A model generated the notes under the pieces. It was not told the DNA's origin and did no database searches. It saw nothing but the letters and a program-made list of their open reading frames with translations. A stretch of 63,112 nucleotides of DNA, the filler included, from Perkinsus chesapeaki ATCC PRA-425 (lineage: Eukaryota; Protista; Perkinsozoa): the NCBI GenBank assembly GCA_013115145.1. It is 7 parts of 7 records of this genome, joined end to end, with 100 filler letters (N's around TTAATTAATTAA, not from the genome) between each part and the next. Parts side by side here need not be neighbours in the genome. Positions count along the whole stretch, not along the records: positions 1 to 3,177 come from JAAPAO010001452.1; positions 3,278 to 19,908 come from JAAPAO010000702.1; 5 more parts are not named here. One strand, 5' to 3'. Made by a program: the position numbers and the translations under genes. Position 1 is the stretch's first letter; the number at the start of each line of letters is the position of its first letter. Shown here one piece after another: positions 1 through 12,700 of this stretch.

Positions 1-2
1 AC

Positions 3-317
3 GAAATTGCCTTCACATTTTCTCCGGAGTCTCTAAAAGCAGTGGCCTCTGCGGTGTCTCTGCTTTTTATTGCCGCAGGGTTTGGCTTATCTGCGGTTCT
101 GTTCGGTCTCTGTGCTCCGTGGCTGCCAGATTTCGACCCCCGAGATCCGTCAGAAGTCTCCCACAAGGGAAGCCATTATGAATACTTCTATTTGGTCCTA
201 ATTGCTTTATGTTCAATAGGAGCTGCTGCATGTTTGGCGTTAATTCCTTACTTCAAGCGAGTTAGTGAAGCCAAACATCAGATTGAGGTTGATAAAACAA
301 CTAACGAAAAAGCCTAG
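3..317 (+). CDS. 3' end of a POT/PTR-family proton-dependent oligopeptide transporter (5'-truncated by window edge)
   Basis: Open frame from nt 3: EIAFTFSPESLKAVASAVSLLFIAAGFGLSAVLF...YEYFYLVLIALCSIGAAAC, the pattern of the last POT helices; a POT N-terminal half follows 1.8 kb downstream on the same strand. Confidence 0.75.
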   Translation, partial: EIAFTFSPESLKAVASAVSLLFIAAGFGLSAVLFGLCAPWLPDFDPRDPSEVSHKGSHYEYFYLVLIALCSIGAAACLALIPYFKRVSEAKHQIEVDKTTNEKA

Positions 318-2099
318 GTCGGAATATACCCAGGGAGCTTGTGCCCTGGGAGAATGTCTTTATGTTAGTCTTGTGAAACATCCTGACTTATTGAACGCTT
401 GGTACACATGCTCAGGAAACAGTTTTTCAACGTCACCCCAGCATCGTTGTGCTCAGTTTCTCTAATTCATTGGCAGAGGCATGGTGGGAGAAGCTCTTTA
501 AAGAACACGGGCTCTCTCATGATGAGCCTCATCAGATGAGGGCCTTAGGGGAAGATCGCCGGGTGGCCCAGGAAGACGACTCTGTCACCTTGAAAGTTCA
601 TACCTATTTTGAGCCGGAGAAACGCACTACGAAAGGCAGAGGGAGAACGTGAGAGCGCATCGCCGTTTATGGCACTCACTTGGGTCGCAGCCGACGGCCG
701 TGGTACGTGAATCTGCAGCGAGAGTCGCATCCCCCTGTTACACGATAGTCCCGCCACGACTGGCGCGAGGTTCTCTCGACACTGAATGTCGGACACTCAA
801 CACTCGGCAATAATCGGTCGGATCGGTATCCCTGGAGAGAATTTTCTGCGCGTGTCATCACGCCACCCACTCATATTGCACGCGTGCGTCAAAAGCGTTC
901 ATTTACCAAGAAGTTCTTTTCTGTTCTTAAGCTTGTTAAAAAGTCTACCGGAAGGCTCAGTTCAATAATCACAATAGCGACACTCCGGGACTACGTCGTC
1001 TTTAAGGGGTGACCCTTTAGAGTCAACAAACCGTGGATAATTGCGTCGATCATTCAAACATCAACTATTTCCAAAACCTATTCGTTTTTGAAGCAATTAA
1101 TGGACCTACCACACGTCTCCTGGGTGCCCAACAGCCAAGTACCCCAAGCAGGATGCGTCACGCAAAACGCACTGGATAGAACCCATGATAGGCTGCCCTA
1201 TTGCGGCATTGGCGATGACTTTTCGCGCTCCACTTTGGCTCACCGCTTGATCACCTACACTGTAGATTACTGTCAGTTATTGTAGGCAATATGATGCTTA
1301 TGTACCAACTATTCGCTGCCACTTAGCTCACGAGCCCACCGACAAATAAGAGTGTATCACACGCACTACTAGTAGGTGACGCCAACACCTCCACTGCCTT
1401 TGAAATACCTCCAGATGTCCGCTGTGACAGCTCGGTTCAACAAGACAATCACGTCCAACTAGGCCAGTGGTCTGTAACCAGTGAACGTGGGAGTGGCACA
1501 CAATCTTTGCTGGTTGAATGCTACAAGCTGGCAAGTTCATCTGGTCAACAAACAGCAATACCTCAAATATGCCGCTGCAAAGCACTATTTCGGGGACAGA
1601 AAGTCGGTGACAGGCTCGATACAGAGGGTTGATTGCGACCGAAATGGGGTGAATGCATTTCGTATACTTTACAGGTAAGCATGAGCAAAAGCCGCTGTCA
1701 CCGATATTACCTTAGGGGATAAAATCTTGGAAATGTGCGTGATTTTCCACATGACCTGCAAAAGGGAATTTTATCCCCAAAAGAGGGTTTCCGGGTGTAC
1801 CGGAATTTAAGGAAGTCGTGTAGACCCTACACTGTAGAGTTCTTTGGCATTCAATGGCTTCGGTTTTCGGCCTAATCGCGCACGCTAGGCTTCCTGCAGT
1901 GCAGGACCTGCATACATAGTATATACATACTATACAGTATATTATGTACCATGCTCAGGCAACCATTCCCCTTTCCTTGCGTCGAAATCCAGAAATGGCT
2001 TGCTCCCGCATAACGAGGCTTTCGTGAAAGGAATTCACTGCTTCAAAGTCTGAAGTTCAGACTTTTGACTGTGCTTTCTAGTTGTATCCTTTAACTTGA

Positions 2100-3177
2100 A
2101 TGCCACCTAAGCGAGACTCCCTCTCGTGGACCGACTCATCTGGTAATGTGTACCATTACTACCAGAGGCCGATGATGAACGCTGTTATCTTCATACTCTT
2201 CCAAGAGTTTGGGGAACGTCTAGCACTCTATGCCATAGTCCCCAATGCTCAGGCCTTCCTGAAGGAGTACCTCGGTTACACTGACGTTCAAGCTAACTCA
2301 TACATTGGCGCCTTCCAGGCAATACTTTATGTAACTCCTTTGATGGCGGCTGCATTGGCCGACAGTCTGCTGGGAATTTATGCTACGATTATGTCATTTT
2401 CACTTCTCTATTTTGCCGGACTTTTTTTGCTCTTTCTTTCTACCATCAAAACCATCAGTAGTCCATGGATGGTTCATCTACCTCTACTTGTTATGATCAC
2501 CCTTGGTGGAGGTGCCATCAAGGCATGTGTGAATGTGATGGGAGCACAACAGTTCCATCCTGAGTATCATAAGGAAGGCATCACAACTTACTATACAATG
2601 TATTATGGCGCTATCAATGTTGGAGGTTTGATAGGATCTATTGCCTCTCCAATTGTTATCCAAGAGACCAATTTTACAGTCGCGCTCATTATCCCGCTGG
2701 TGGCTTTTGGTGCGGCAACGGCTTCAGTGCTCATCGGGGGTTTGCTTGGTCGATTTGTAAGAGCAAAACCTCAGGGATCTGTCGTCCTCGAGATTTTACG
2801 GGTGATGCTTTCGGCTGTTAAGAAATGTTCATTGGAGAGAAATAAGAAATCTCATGGTGGCCATTATGATGACGGATTTATAGAAGACGTGAAGGCTTTG
2901 CTGCGATTGGTTCCGTTATTCTGCCTCATTATCCCATTTATGATCGCATATAACAACATCCTTACGGCTTATCTCACACAGGCTCAAAAAATGGACAGAA
3001 GGACATTCAATTTTGAGATACCTGCCTCACTTACGGTGAACGTCGATCCCATCGCGGTGGTCATCACTTCCTTGCTCGTCAGCTCACTTCTCTATCCAAT
3101 GCTCAAGAAGCGCGGTATAGTTATCCCAGTTCTGGTCAGATGCTTCATTGGCAGTATCTTGGGTATCGTATCATTAG
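2100..3177 (+). CDS. POT/PTR-family oligopeptide transporter, intronless over the visible part, 3'-truncated at contig end
   Basis: ExxERxxxY-type motif (QEFGERLALYA), GGGAIKACVNVMGAQQF, YYGAINVGGLIG, QAQKMDR, multiple TM helices. The 'LIN' ending in the ORF track comes from the linker. Confidence 0.93.
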
Positions 3178-3278
3178 NNNNNNNNNNNNNNNNNNNNNNN
3201 NNNNNNNNNNNNNNNNNNNNNTTAATTAATTAANNNNNNNNNNNNNNNNNNNNNNNNNNNNNNNNNNNNNNNNNNNNG
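3178..3278. other. Artificial contig linker (Ns + TTAATTAATTAA + Ns)
   Basis: Same design recurs at 19909-20008, 28560-28659, 48639-48738, 58927-59026 and 61241-61340; the 12-mer puts stops in all six frames. Confidence 0.98.
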
Positions 3279-4494
3279 AGTAAAGGATCAGGATCAAATA
3301 TCACGGATCGAGATCAAGGATCATGGATCTAGCGCAAGCATTTCGGATCACGTTTGATTTGGCTCAGACAAGAAGATCGCTGAGTGATCCAGATCATCGG
3401 CTCGATCCATGGATTAGGATCCGCATACCGGCCCAGGGCGAAGCTGGTGCGAGCCCAGAGGGGGGTCCTATGGGAGGCCGAAGGGCCGAATAATAGGTAT
3501 CCCTATTGGCGCGGCGGGGTTCGGAAGACAAGGGGCACCCATTGTCAGGTGTTGTTCTCTGAGTGGAACACGCCAAAAAGGACGAGGCGCTTCCTGTGGC
3601 AATGTATTCCTCACAGGAGTGAAACGCGCCTATAATCACCAGTGAGAAAAAACGATTTACCCCTACCCACACTCCCGTGCCTTTGGCATTTCAATTTTCT
3701 ACTAAGTTCACTGTTAGCTTAATGTTATACGTAGAACTCATAATGTATAACTGGGACACTGGTTACTGTCATCACTCCACTGAAAAGGTTATCAACTATA
3801 TTACTGAAAGGAAATACACTTAGTGTTCCCAGTGTAGCACGACGACGACAGCAGACTTTCATTATTAATTCATATCATCAATGACCAGCATGATTATGAT
3901 ATGTGATTAAGATTATTTGCTGCTGCTGGCTTAGCTAATAGTTATTATTATGATTGGGATGTAATCAATGATATACAAGGTGATAAGCAATCTAAAGGGG
4001 GTCTAAAGTTTGATATAGTGTACGTAAAAACAATAATTATTGGGTTTGCCCTGGGCGGTAATGTAGAGCGGACAAAAGTTCGGAACTTAGGTGGCGACGG
4101 AGGCTATCCGAAATATCACTATGCGAGTAACAGCAGCAGCAGCTATACAATAAGGATAATCACCGACTAAGCTTATTAAAGAACATATAAACAGTGAGAA
4201 ACTAGTGACGTTAAAGAAATACTGAGGATATAGAACAGAACAATACTACTGTATGATTAATGTCGATGTTGTTGTTGTTATTATTATAACAACTGTTGTT
4301 ATTATTATTAATAACTCAACATTATAATAAACTCTTGGAGCCTATCTTACTGAGCACCACAAGCCGAAGTTCTTATTATTATTATACAATGATTATTATT
4401 TACTCTCTGTTACCCGTACTGCTGCTGTTAATAAATATTATTAACAGTTGTTAGCATATTAATAATCTTTGTATTATAATAATATTAATAATAT

Positions 4495-5473
4495 TTACCA
4501 TTGATCAGCACTAGCTGCAGCCCAATCACCACCAGTAGCACCAGTCCATTCTTCACCTTCCTCATAATAAGGAGCAGCAGTACCAGCAGCACCGCCGCCA
4601 GCAGCATTACCAGTAGTATCATCATTAGCAGCACCACCAGTAGTCTCAATCATAGTATTCTTTGATGCTTCATATGCAGCAGCTTCAGCAGCCATACGTT
4701 CTTGACGTTCAATCTCCTCAGGATCTCTCCAAAAGAATGAGTCAACCATAACTTCCCATTCAACACCACGAGCTATCTTACCACGTAGCATTAATACTTC
4801 ACGTGCAAGAAGATAATAAAGAAGTGCAATGCTCTCTTTACCCTTATTATTACAAGGAATAGCGATATCAACAAAATCCAATGGAGAGTCGGTATCACAT
4901 AAAGCGATAACAGGGATATTAGCATAAGCAGCTTCCTTAATGGCTTGAGAATCAGTACGAGGATCAGTAACAATCAATAAACGAGGCTCAGAGTACTTAG
5001 GGGTAATCTGATTAGTTAAAGAACCAGGAGTCCAACGTCCAGCAACAGCAGTAGCACCAATAAAGTTAGCCAACTTTAATACAGCACGTGAACCATAAGG
5101 ACGCTGTGATACAACCATAATATCTTTAGGATTCTCAATAGTAACCATAACACGGGCAGCAATCATAAGCTTTTCCCAAGTCTTACCTAATAAAATAATA
5201 GACTACTATTATTGATGTTAACACTATTATTACCCAAGTTAATAAGGTTAATACCATCTTTATTACGCTTAAAGACATAACGTTTCATACGATAATCAAG
5301 ATTACGAGTACCAAGATGAGTCTAATAATAATATTAAATGATGATGCTATAGTAGGAATTGTTAATATTATTATTACACTGCAAACTAACATTTTCTGAA
5401 TATCCTGCTCCTTCTGTGAAGTTGGATTATAGACGGCTGCTGCTGCTGCTTGAGTGGCAGTGGTATCAGCCAT
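4495..5473 (-). CDS. RPSA: 40S ribosomal protein SA (uS2), 3 exons: 5473-5378, 5321-5234, 5186-4495
   Basis: Spliced product ...DIQKMLVCS|[30 protein letters not shown]|[11 protein letters not shown]...[11 protein letters not shown]...[10 protein letters not shown]; GT-AG introns of 56 and 47 nt keep the frame. Confidence 0.98.
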
Positions 5474-5674
5474 GTTGTATTAATATCCAAGAAACAACGG
5501 CTAAACAAGAAGAACAGTACATCATCAATAAGGGGGGGGTACCTCTGCGCGGACGCCCTAAACACACATTAATCGATTAACTAATCGACCATTCTAAATA
5601 CACGCTAATTTAGAGTATATCAAGATTTACCAAGATTGCAAGATTTACAACATATACATCTTATCTATACTATT

Positions 5675-5943
5675 TCAAAGGTATTATTATTATATAACAC
5701 ATGACATATTTAATGTTAATATTTANNNNNNNNNNNNNNNNNNNNNNNNNNNNNNNNNNNNNNNNNNNNNNNNNNNNNNNNNNNNNNNNNNNNNNNNNNN
5801 NNNNNNNNNNNNNNNNNNNTATTAATAAAGGTATTATTATTATATAACACATGACATATTTAATGTTAATATTAATAAAGGTATTATTATTATATAACAC
5901 ATGACATATTTAATGTTAATATTAATAAAGGTATTATTATTAT
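5675..5943. repeat. 50-bp minisatellite spanning an N gap (5726-5819)
   Basis: Unit attaataaaggtattattattatataacacatgacatatttaatgttaat repeats exactly at 5821 and 5871, with partial copies on both sides of the gap. Confidence 0.93.
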
Positions 5944-5961
5944 AATCATCCACTTACCGTA

Positions 5962-7045
5962 GAAGTAAACACAAACTTGTATTTCTTCTCGGATGGATCA
6001 GTCATAGATAAAGGTAACGTGTCCTCTGCCAAGACTGGAGCAGGCACGATCCTCTATGCTCCAGAGAAACCACTAGGTTTTAAGGGACGTGCATATTACA
6101 CAGGAGAATAAACCAACATAGCTGCTCAATGTGAACTAGTTGGATGAGTTGAACGATCGCTGGTCTGGGCCAACGAAATCGCTAGAACACGGGTGGATCT
6201 CAAAAACCTATATATCTGCCTAGACTCGCAGGCCGCACTCCGAGCAATACAGAATGCCCTACACAATTCTGATTGCACTGAACTTACCCTGGATATTGTG
6301 AAGCAGACACACAAATGGCTGGTGGGTGGGTGCGTGGACACTGTTGACACATTGACAATGAGCTCAGTGATATATTCGTAGAGGGGAGGTGAAGAACCCC
6401 ATCCCACGACAGGTGTTAGGAAATCCCTATCCTTCACGAAACATGAGGTAACTTGCCTGGCGGAAACAGAGTAACAGTCTTCTCGCAGTCTCCTCCAGAA
6501 TAGGCCTAGGCCTCGTTGGGCGTACTACCCAATTGGGAAAGAAGCTGGCAGTGAAGACGCTTGAATGGAATAGTCGAAGAAGATAGGCATCTCTTTGATT
6601 TCCTTACATTACACAGCAATACAAAAGGATATAAACAATGAGACACTGTAAGGATTACAGACAAGAAGATATGGCTCATTTCTTCTGGTGTCCGTCAGTG
6701 AAACTTACAATAGAACTCAAAGAATAAATATGGATAGACAAAAAGTTTACTCGTCCCCTATCTGGAGAGCGCATGCTCATCCGTGACTCCATTGTTGGAG
6801 AAGGTAGAGGACTCTACAGAGTGCGACGATTCCTCAGGAGAGCTACCCCAGTATGGGGAGAACCAAGAATGGAAAAGAGTGGTGTGGACCCACTGCTGCA
6901 TCCTGGACCGCAGTAAAGGTAAAGTTGAAACTATCACGGTTGGTATAAACAGTAAACGGATGTGAGATCTATATACGAATGGCATCGTGTACGCTGCCGG
7001 AGGCCACACACCCATACTGCCTAGCAGGAGATGCTGTGCCTCCAG
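5962..7045 (+). pseudogene. Decayed non-LTR retrotransposon fragment (RNase H domain plus degenerate 3' part)
   Basis: One frame from 5962 reads LYFFSDGS...GAGTIL...E*TNIAAQCELVG*...YICLDSQAALRAIQN: the three RNase H acidic motifs (DGS, EL, DSQAAL) with in-frame stops, in a higher-GC block inside AT-rich DNA. Confidence 0.85.
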
Positions 7046-7535
7046 ATAAATAATATAAAAATATAATCATTAACTATAACACTTAAGTGACACTTGTTAC
7101 TCTAATTGGTTTGAGAAATTATTAAAATGATGATATGAGAGTATGGTATGCTGATGCTTTTACTAGTAGTATATTCTGTATAACGAGATAATATACTTCA
7201 ACAACACAATAGTGTATTTATTAAGTAGTAAACTGCTATTAATATTAATATCGCATAAACTGATTATGATTATCATAATTACTATTAAGGATATATCCTA
7301 ATAGTAATACATAAAGGGGCAGGCATCATCAGCAATAACAATAATAACACTATTAGCAGCATCACCATCAATATGGAGGAGGAGGAGTATCATCTTCACC
7401 AACACCACCATCACTACTACGACCAGTCTTATATGCAGTCAAAAACGATAATAGTTATTGTAGCTGCTGTATTATAATCACTAATACTCCCATCTTGATG
7501 ATGATCATCTTATCGTTGTTGTTATTGTAGTATTA

Positions 7536-8193
7536 TTACTCAGAGTATAATAATACACCAGCAATAAGAATAACCAATATAGCCTGAATAATAATAATAT
7601 CATCTGTAATATTAAATATTAATACTTACCAAGAATTCTAAGAAACCCATACCGATAAGAGTATAAGTGAATAGATCTTCTTTCATACTGGGATTTCTAG
7701 CAATACCAACAACTAATGCAGCAAATAACTGACCAATGCCCTGAGCACAACCACCAACAGCAACAACAGCAATAGCAGCACCAAGAACAGATGTACCTAT
7801 TATAAATATCATTATTGACAATATCATTAATACTGATATATAATATGCACTAACCTGCACATCTAATCTGTTGTTGATTATTATTAAATGTACTTGGAAT
7901 ATTACGATATACACTTGATAATAGAGAGGTATCTGATTAATAAGTGATATATTCATATAATATATATTACTATTACTATTTGATGATGATGATGATTTAA
8001 CCATCATATTAGGGGCGGATCTAGTACTAGTAGTAGAATACCCACATTTACTAGTATTTGACATCATACTCGTGAAACGATTTAATACAACAGATGATGA
8101 GCCAGCAGCAGTATTAAGGAATAAACGAGTAGCCGATGGTATCATCATACGACTGGTGCTGACGAGGGTGGTATTATTACGGAACATCATCAT
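7536..8193 (-). CDS. atp9: Nuclear-encoded mitochondrial ATP synthase subunit c with long presequence, multi-exon; last exon 7583-7536
   Basis: AIAVVAVGGCAQGIGQLFAALVVGIARNPSMKEDLFTYTLIGMGFLEFL|AILVILIAGVLLYSE*; Ser/Thr/Arg-rich N-terminal targeting peptide. Confidence 0.95.
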
Positions 8194-8406
8194 ACCGCTA
8201 AAATATAATAATACATAATATTATAGATATAACAATAATAATACCTGTTCATATTGTTGATGTTGTTATTGAGGGTAGAAAAAAGGGGGGAGGAGGAGGA
8301 GCAATAGAGAGGATGCTACTACCAACTACAAACAATAACAAGTAGTAGCTTAAGCAGCGTAGACCTAGAACAACAACAAATAACAAATAACAACAAATAA
8401 TACAAA

Positions 8407-8448
8407 TGCATGAAAATTGCATGACAACAGAAAATTCCTAAATGCATG
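8407..8448. promoter_or_regulatory. Three TGCATG motifs in the divergent atp9/MIF4G intergenic region
   Basis: TGCATG at 8407-8412, 8418-8423 and 8443-8448, between ATGs at 8193(-) and 8519(+). Confidence 0.45.
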
Positions 8449-8518
8449 TAAGATTTGCTGCACTTGTTGTTCGCGTACTTGCTCTTTATCTTCTCTTTAT
8501 AGTGCGACCGTAACCGTT

Positions 8519-9334
8519 ATGGTTAATCTCTACTATTGCATTAAATACTGTATTATATTAATAATGTTATCATTATTATGGTGGTATTATGATATTACAT
8601 TAGAGATAATTGCATTATTATTATTTATTTATGGTTATTATATATCATCATTTAATATATCATCATCAATGAATATAACAAATAATAATACCGGCATTCA
8701 TGTTGATGATATACATAAAATATCTGATAATAAAATTATAATACATTATAAGACATCATATAATAGAAGTAAATTATTAAATAAGTTTATTAATAATAAT
8801 ATGTTAGATAAAATTAAGTCAATGGATGATGATAATACTAAAAAGTGGCGTATATTAATTAATAAATTAAATTATAATAACATTGATATAATAACGAATA
8901 ATATATTAAATATAAATGATAAAGATTATAATAAATTAATATATTTAATATTTCAAGCAGCAATTAGAACCAATAATTCATCACGATTATACATAGATTT
9001 AATAATAAATCTAATCGATTATAATGATGATTATAATGATGATATATATAATAATATCAATAATATATGTAATAATATTTACGATGATTATATAATTAAT
9101 CCACCTAATTATGATAATATGAATGATATTAGTGATAAAGATGATAATATAAATAGATTAAAATCCCGTACAATATCATTCTTAAAATTTGTTGGTGGTC
9201 TATATGCATCAGGATTGTTAATAAAAGATGATATAATATATAAATGGGTTATTACTGATAAATTTGGTGGTAATAATAATATTAGATATAATGAATATGT
9301 ATGTTGCATAATAGATGGTATTGTTGATTATTGT

Positions 9335-9365
<31 letters not shown>

Positions 9366-9568
9366 TAAATAATGGTGATACTATCATATATATAATTGAC
9401 TTATTAAAAAATAATATGGATAATAATATAACAATTAGAGATAAATGTCTTATAAACAATATGTTAGATAAATATAATAATCTAATATTTAATAGTAGAG
9501 TATATGATAATAATAATTCAGAAGAAAGTAGAAAAATAATACGTTTAACAGGCGTAAGAGGATGTTAA
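8519..9568 (+). CDS. MIF4G-domain (eIF4G-middle-like) protein with N-terminal hydrophobic segment, Asn-rich, intronless
   Basis: YLIFQAAIRTNNSSRLYIDLI and KSRTISFLKFVGGLY resemble MIF4G helices (LIFEKA...; KRR.LG.IKFIGELY); pyrimidine tract ending TATAG just before ATG 8519. Confidence 0.6.
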
Positions 9569-9700
9569 ATGACATCATCATGATCGTTATTGTTAACATC
9601 AAGTTGATTATTATTAATAATAATATATGCATGTTATTGTTGTTATTACTACCATCATATCTATTGTGTTATTATAGTCGTATTAATATTATTAATAGTT

Positions 9701-12700
9701 ATGTGTTTTATACAATATGAAAGTTTGTTATTGATATCAATTATTGGTAATATTTTAATATCGGGCCGCATAAATAATAATATTAATTCGTTATATAGTA
9801 AGGTATATAAATATTATATTAATAATAATAATAATGAATTATGGTATAAAAAGGGTATTAAATGTGATAATAATATTATTATAAATATATTAAAATATGA
9901 TGGTAAAGATGATATTAATTTGGATAATAATGAGAATAATAATGAATGTAATATTGCTGTTATTGATGATTATTTAAATAATATCAATAATCCATCATTC
10001 GATATAACATTCTATACAAATTCTTATTTTACTAAACCTTATTACAATAATGATAAGACTATTATACCACCATTTAGAGGTAGTATTAAATATAATAACA
10101 ACGATTATGATGATGATGATGATGATAGTAGTAATGATAATATAATATATCATTTTGATAATAATATATACAATGAAAAGCCATTAACATACCTATTGAC
10201 TCATAAAAATAGGCTATTATCTGCTTTATTTATTGATTATAATAATGACAATGACAATGTTATTATTAATGATGCTATCAAAGCATTAGGAAGGAGTAAT
10301 GTATATTTTATTGATAATAATATAATTAATAAAACAAGAATTATTAAAGATGGTGTTAATAATTACGTATTTACTATAATATATTATAATAATAATGGCA
10401 GACTAAATGATGATACATTATTATTTGGTGATATATTATCGTATCCATCGTATATAATATTAAAAGCTTTAGAATATCATACAATACCAATAATACAATC
10501 TAGAGATACTAAATTTTGGATACCACTTGGCATTAAAGCAGAAGATGCATTATGGAGAATAACAGGAGGATTCAACTATACACAAGCAATACCATTCTTA
10601 TTAAATTTAATAAATGGTGATGCTGGTTATCATGATTATAATAGTAACAATGATGATTATGATGATAGTACTAGTAGTAAAATGAATGATATAATAATGT
10701 ATAGATATTTAAATTTAAGATATTTACAAGATTCATTTATATATAATTATGGTATACCACCAGAATCAAGATTATATATAACATCATGCATATTATGTAA
10801 ACATAAACTATTAATACAACAACAGCAACAACAACAACAAGAACAACAACAGCAACAACAACAACAACAGCAAGAACAACAACAACAGCAACAACAACAA
10901 CAGCAAGAACAACAACAACAACAAGAACAACAACAGCAAGAACAACAACAGCAAGAACAACAACAACAACAACAGCAAGAACAACAACAGCAAGAACAAC
11001 AACAGCAAGAACAACAAGAACAAGATGACGATGATTCTGCTTCAGTGGTAGTAGCAGATGCTAAGGATCTGATGTATGGTAATAGTGGTGGTGGTGATGA
11101 TGATAAAGTGGGGATGGCTAGGGATGGTTATATATTCGTTGGTATATTTAGTAAAGTAGATAATTATGAATTACGTAAAGCGATACGTAATACATGGTTA
11201 AATGATATAATATCAAATAAATATAGTGTAAATGATAATATTATGTGATAATAATAAATGGGTTATAATAATATTATTATTAGGTCTATAAATTCTTTAT
11301 TGGTACTAAATTCAATGATAATAATAATAATAGCAACAACAACAACAACACTGTAAATATTAATAAGGAGGATGATAATGATGATGATGATAATGATGAT
11401 ATAAGTTCATCATCATCATCATATGAACATAGGTTCTATAATGATATTATAGAATTGGATGTAAAAGAATCATACAGGAATATAACCTTAAAGAGTATCT
11501 TAATGTAGTAGTAGTAGTGGGTGGGTGGAGGGGTGGAGGGGGTTAATATGATTATTATTATTATTAGGTATAAGTGGATTATTGATAATAATAAATTATT
11601 ATATAATAATAAGATAATATATTTTATGAGAGTTGATGATGATATATATTTAAGACCATTACCAATAATTGAACAATTAATTTATAATACTATACCAGTT
11701 AGATATTGGTGGGGATCATTTGCATATTTAAGCTCAGTATCACGCAATATTAGTAATATTAAAGAATATAATACATATAAACAATATCCATATAATATTA
11801 ACACATTTCCATTATATACAAGAGGTATATTATATGTAATAACAATTGATATTATTGATGAGATAATAAATACAATAAATAATAATATTATTACATTACA
11901 ACAACAACAACAACAACAACAACAAGAAGAAGAAGAAGAACAAGGAAATGATAATATTTATGAACTACTACCTCACCCCGATGATGTTGCATTAGGATAT
12001 TTAATGTAATTATTATTATATTTAATACATCATCATCAGCAGCAGCAGCAGCTTATTATTATTACAGTCATACGCGTCATCTACGTACAACAACGAGGCG
12101 CGCTTCTTGACAATGTTCGATTCATATCTCAAATATAACTTAGAGTTTTCGCTTAATTCATCCGCTATATACCTTAGAAATGTCTCTTATCATCATGGGA
12201 TCCAAGTTGCCGAATCCGAACACCCAAAAAACTATTTGCGTTTTCATGCCCCACGCTTTGGCTGCTGACCCATCTCGTTTGATTACTCCTTTGCTGCTGT
12301 ATCCATGTACCCCACGATATTAGAGTATTCATGAGGAATGGAGGTATACTCGATTAGATTATCGTAGGATTATCGACCAGGACAGTCAGCCTCACTCTGA
12401 ATGACAGTCTCAATGTTTATCATTTTTGTGCTTCAAGTCACTTAAACAGAAGCTACCGGAATCATCTAAAAGTCTTAGAAAAAGAGAGCAACTTAGAGCA
12501 GCAGCATCATCATCATCAATGGTACTTGGTGAATAAGAGGAGGGGACACTCCTAGCTATTGCAACTATACTTGTGAATAAGAGGACTGGACACTCCTAGC
12601 TATTGCAACTATACTTGTGAATAAGAGGAGGGGACACTCCTAGCTATTGCAACTATACTTGTGAATAAGAGGAGGGGACACTCCTAGCTATCGCAACTAT

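Noticed and set aside
509-535. CTGATGAG plus a stem on the minus strand as a hammerhead ribozyme
   Set aside because: The GGCTC/GAGCC stem is followed by CGTG, not the required GAAA, and stems I and III are not evident.
3222-3233. TTAATTAATTAA palindromes and ORFs ending in X-runs or 'LIN'
   Set aside because: Artificial linkers; no synteny can be inferred across them.
10811-11023. Poly-Leu and similar ORFs antisense to low-complexity tracts (also 26307-26729, 26396-26602, 36687-36992)
   Set aside because: Shadow frames of microsatellite-rich coding sequence on the other strand.
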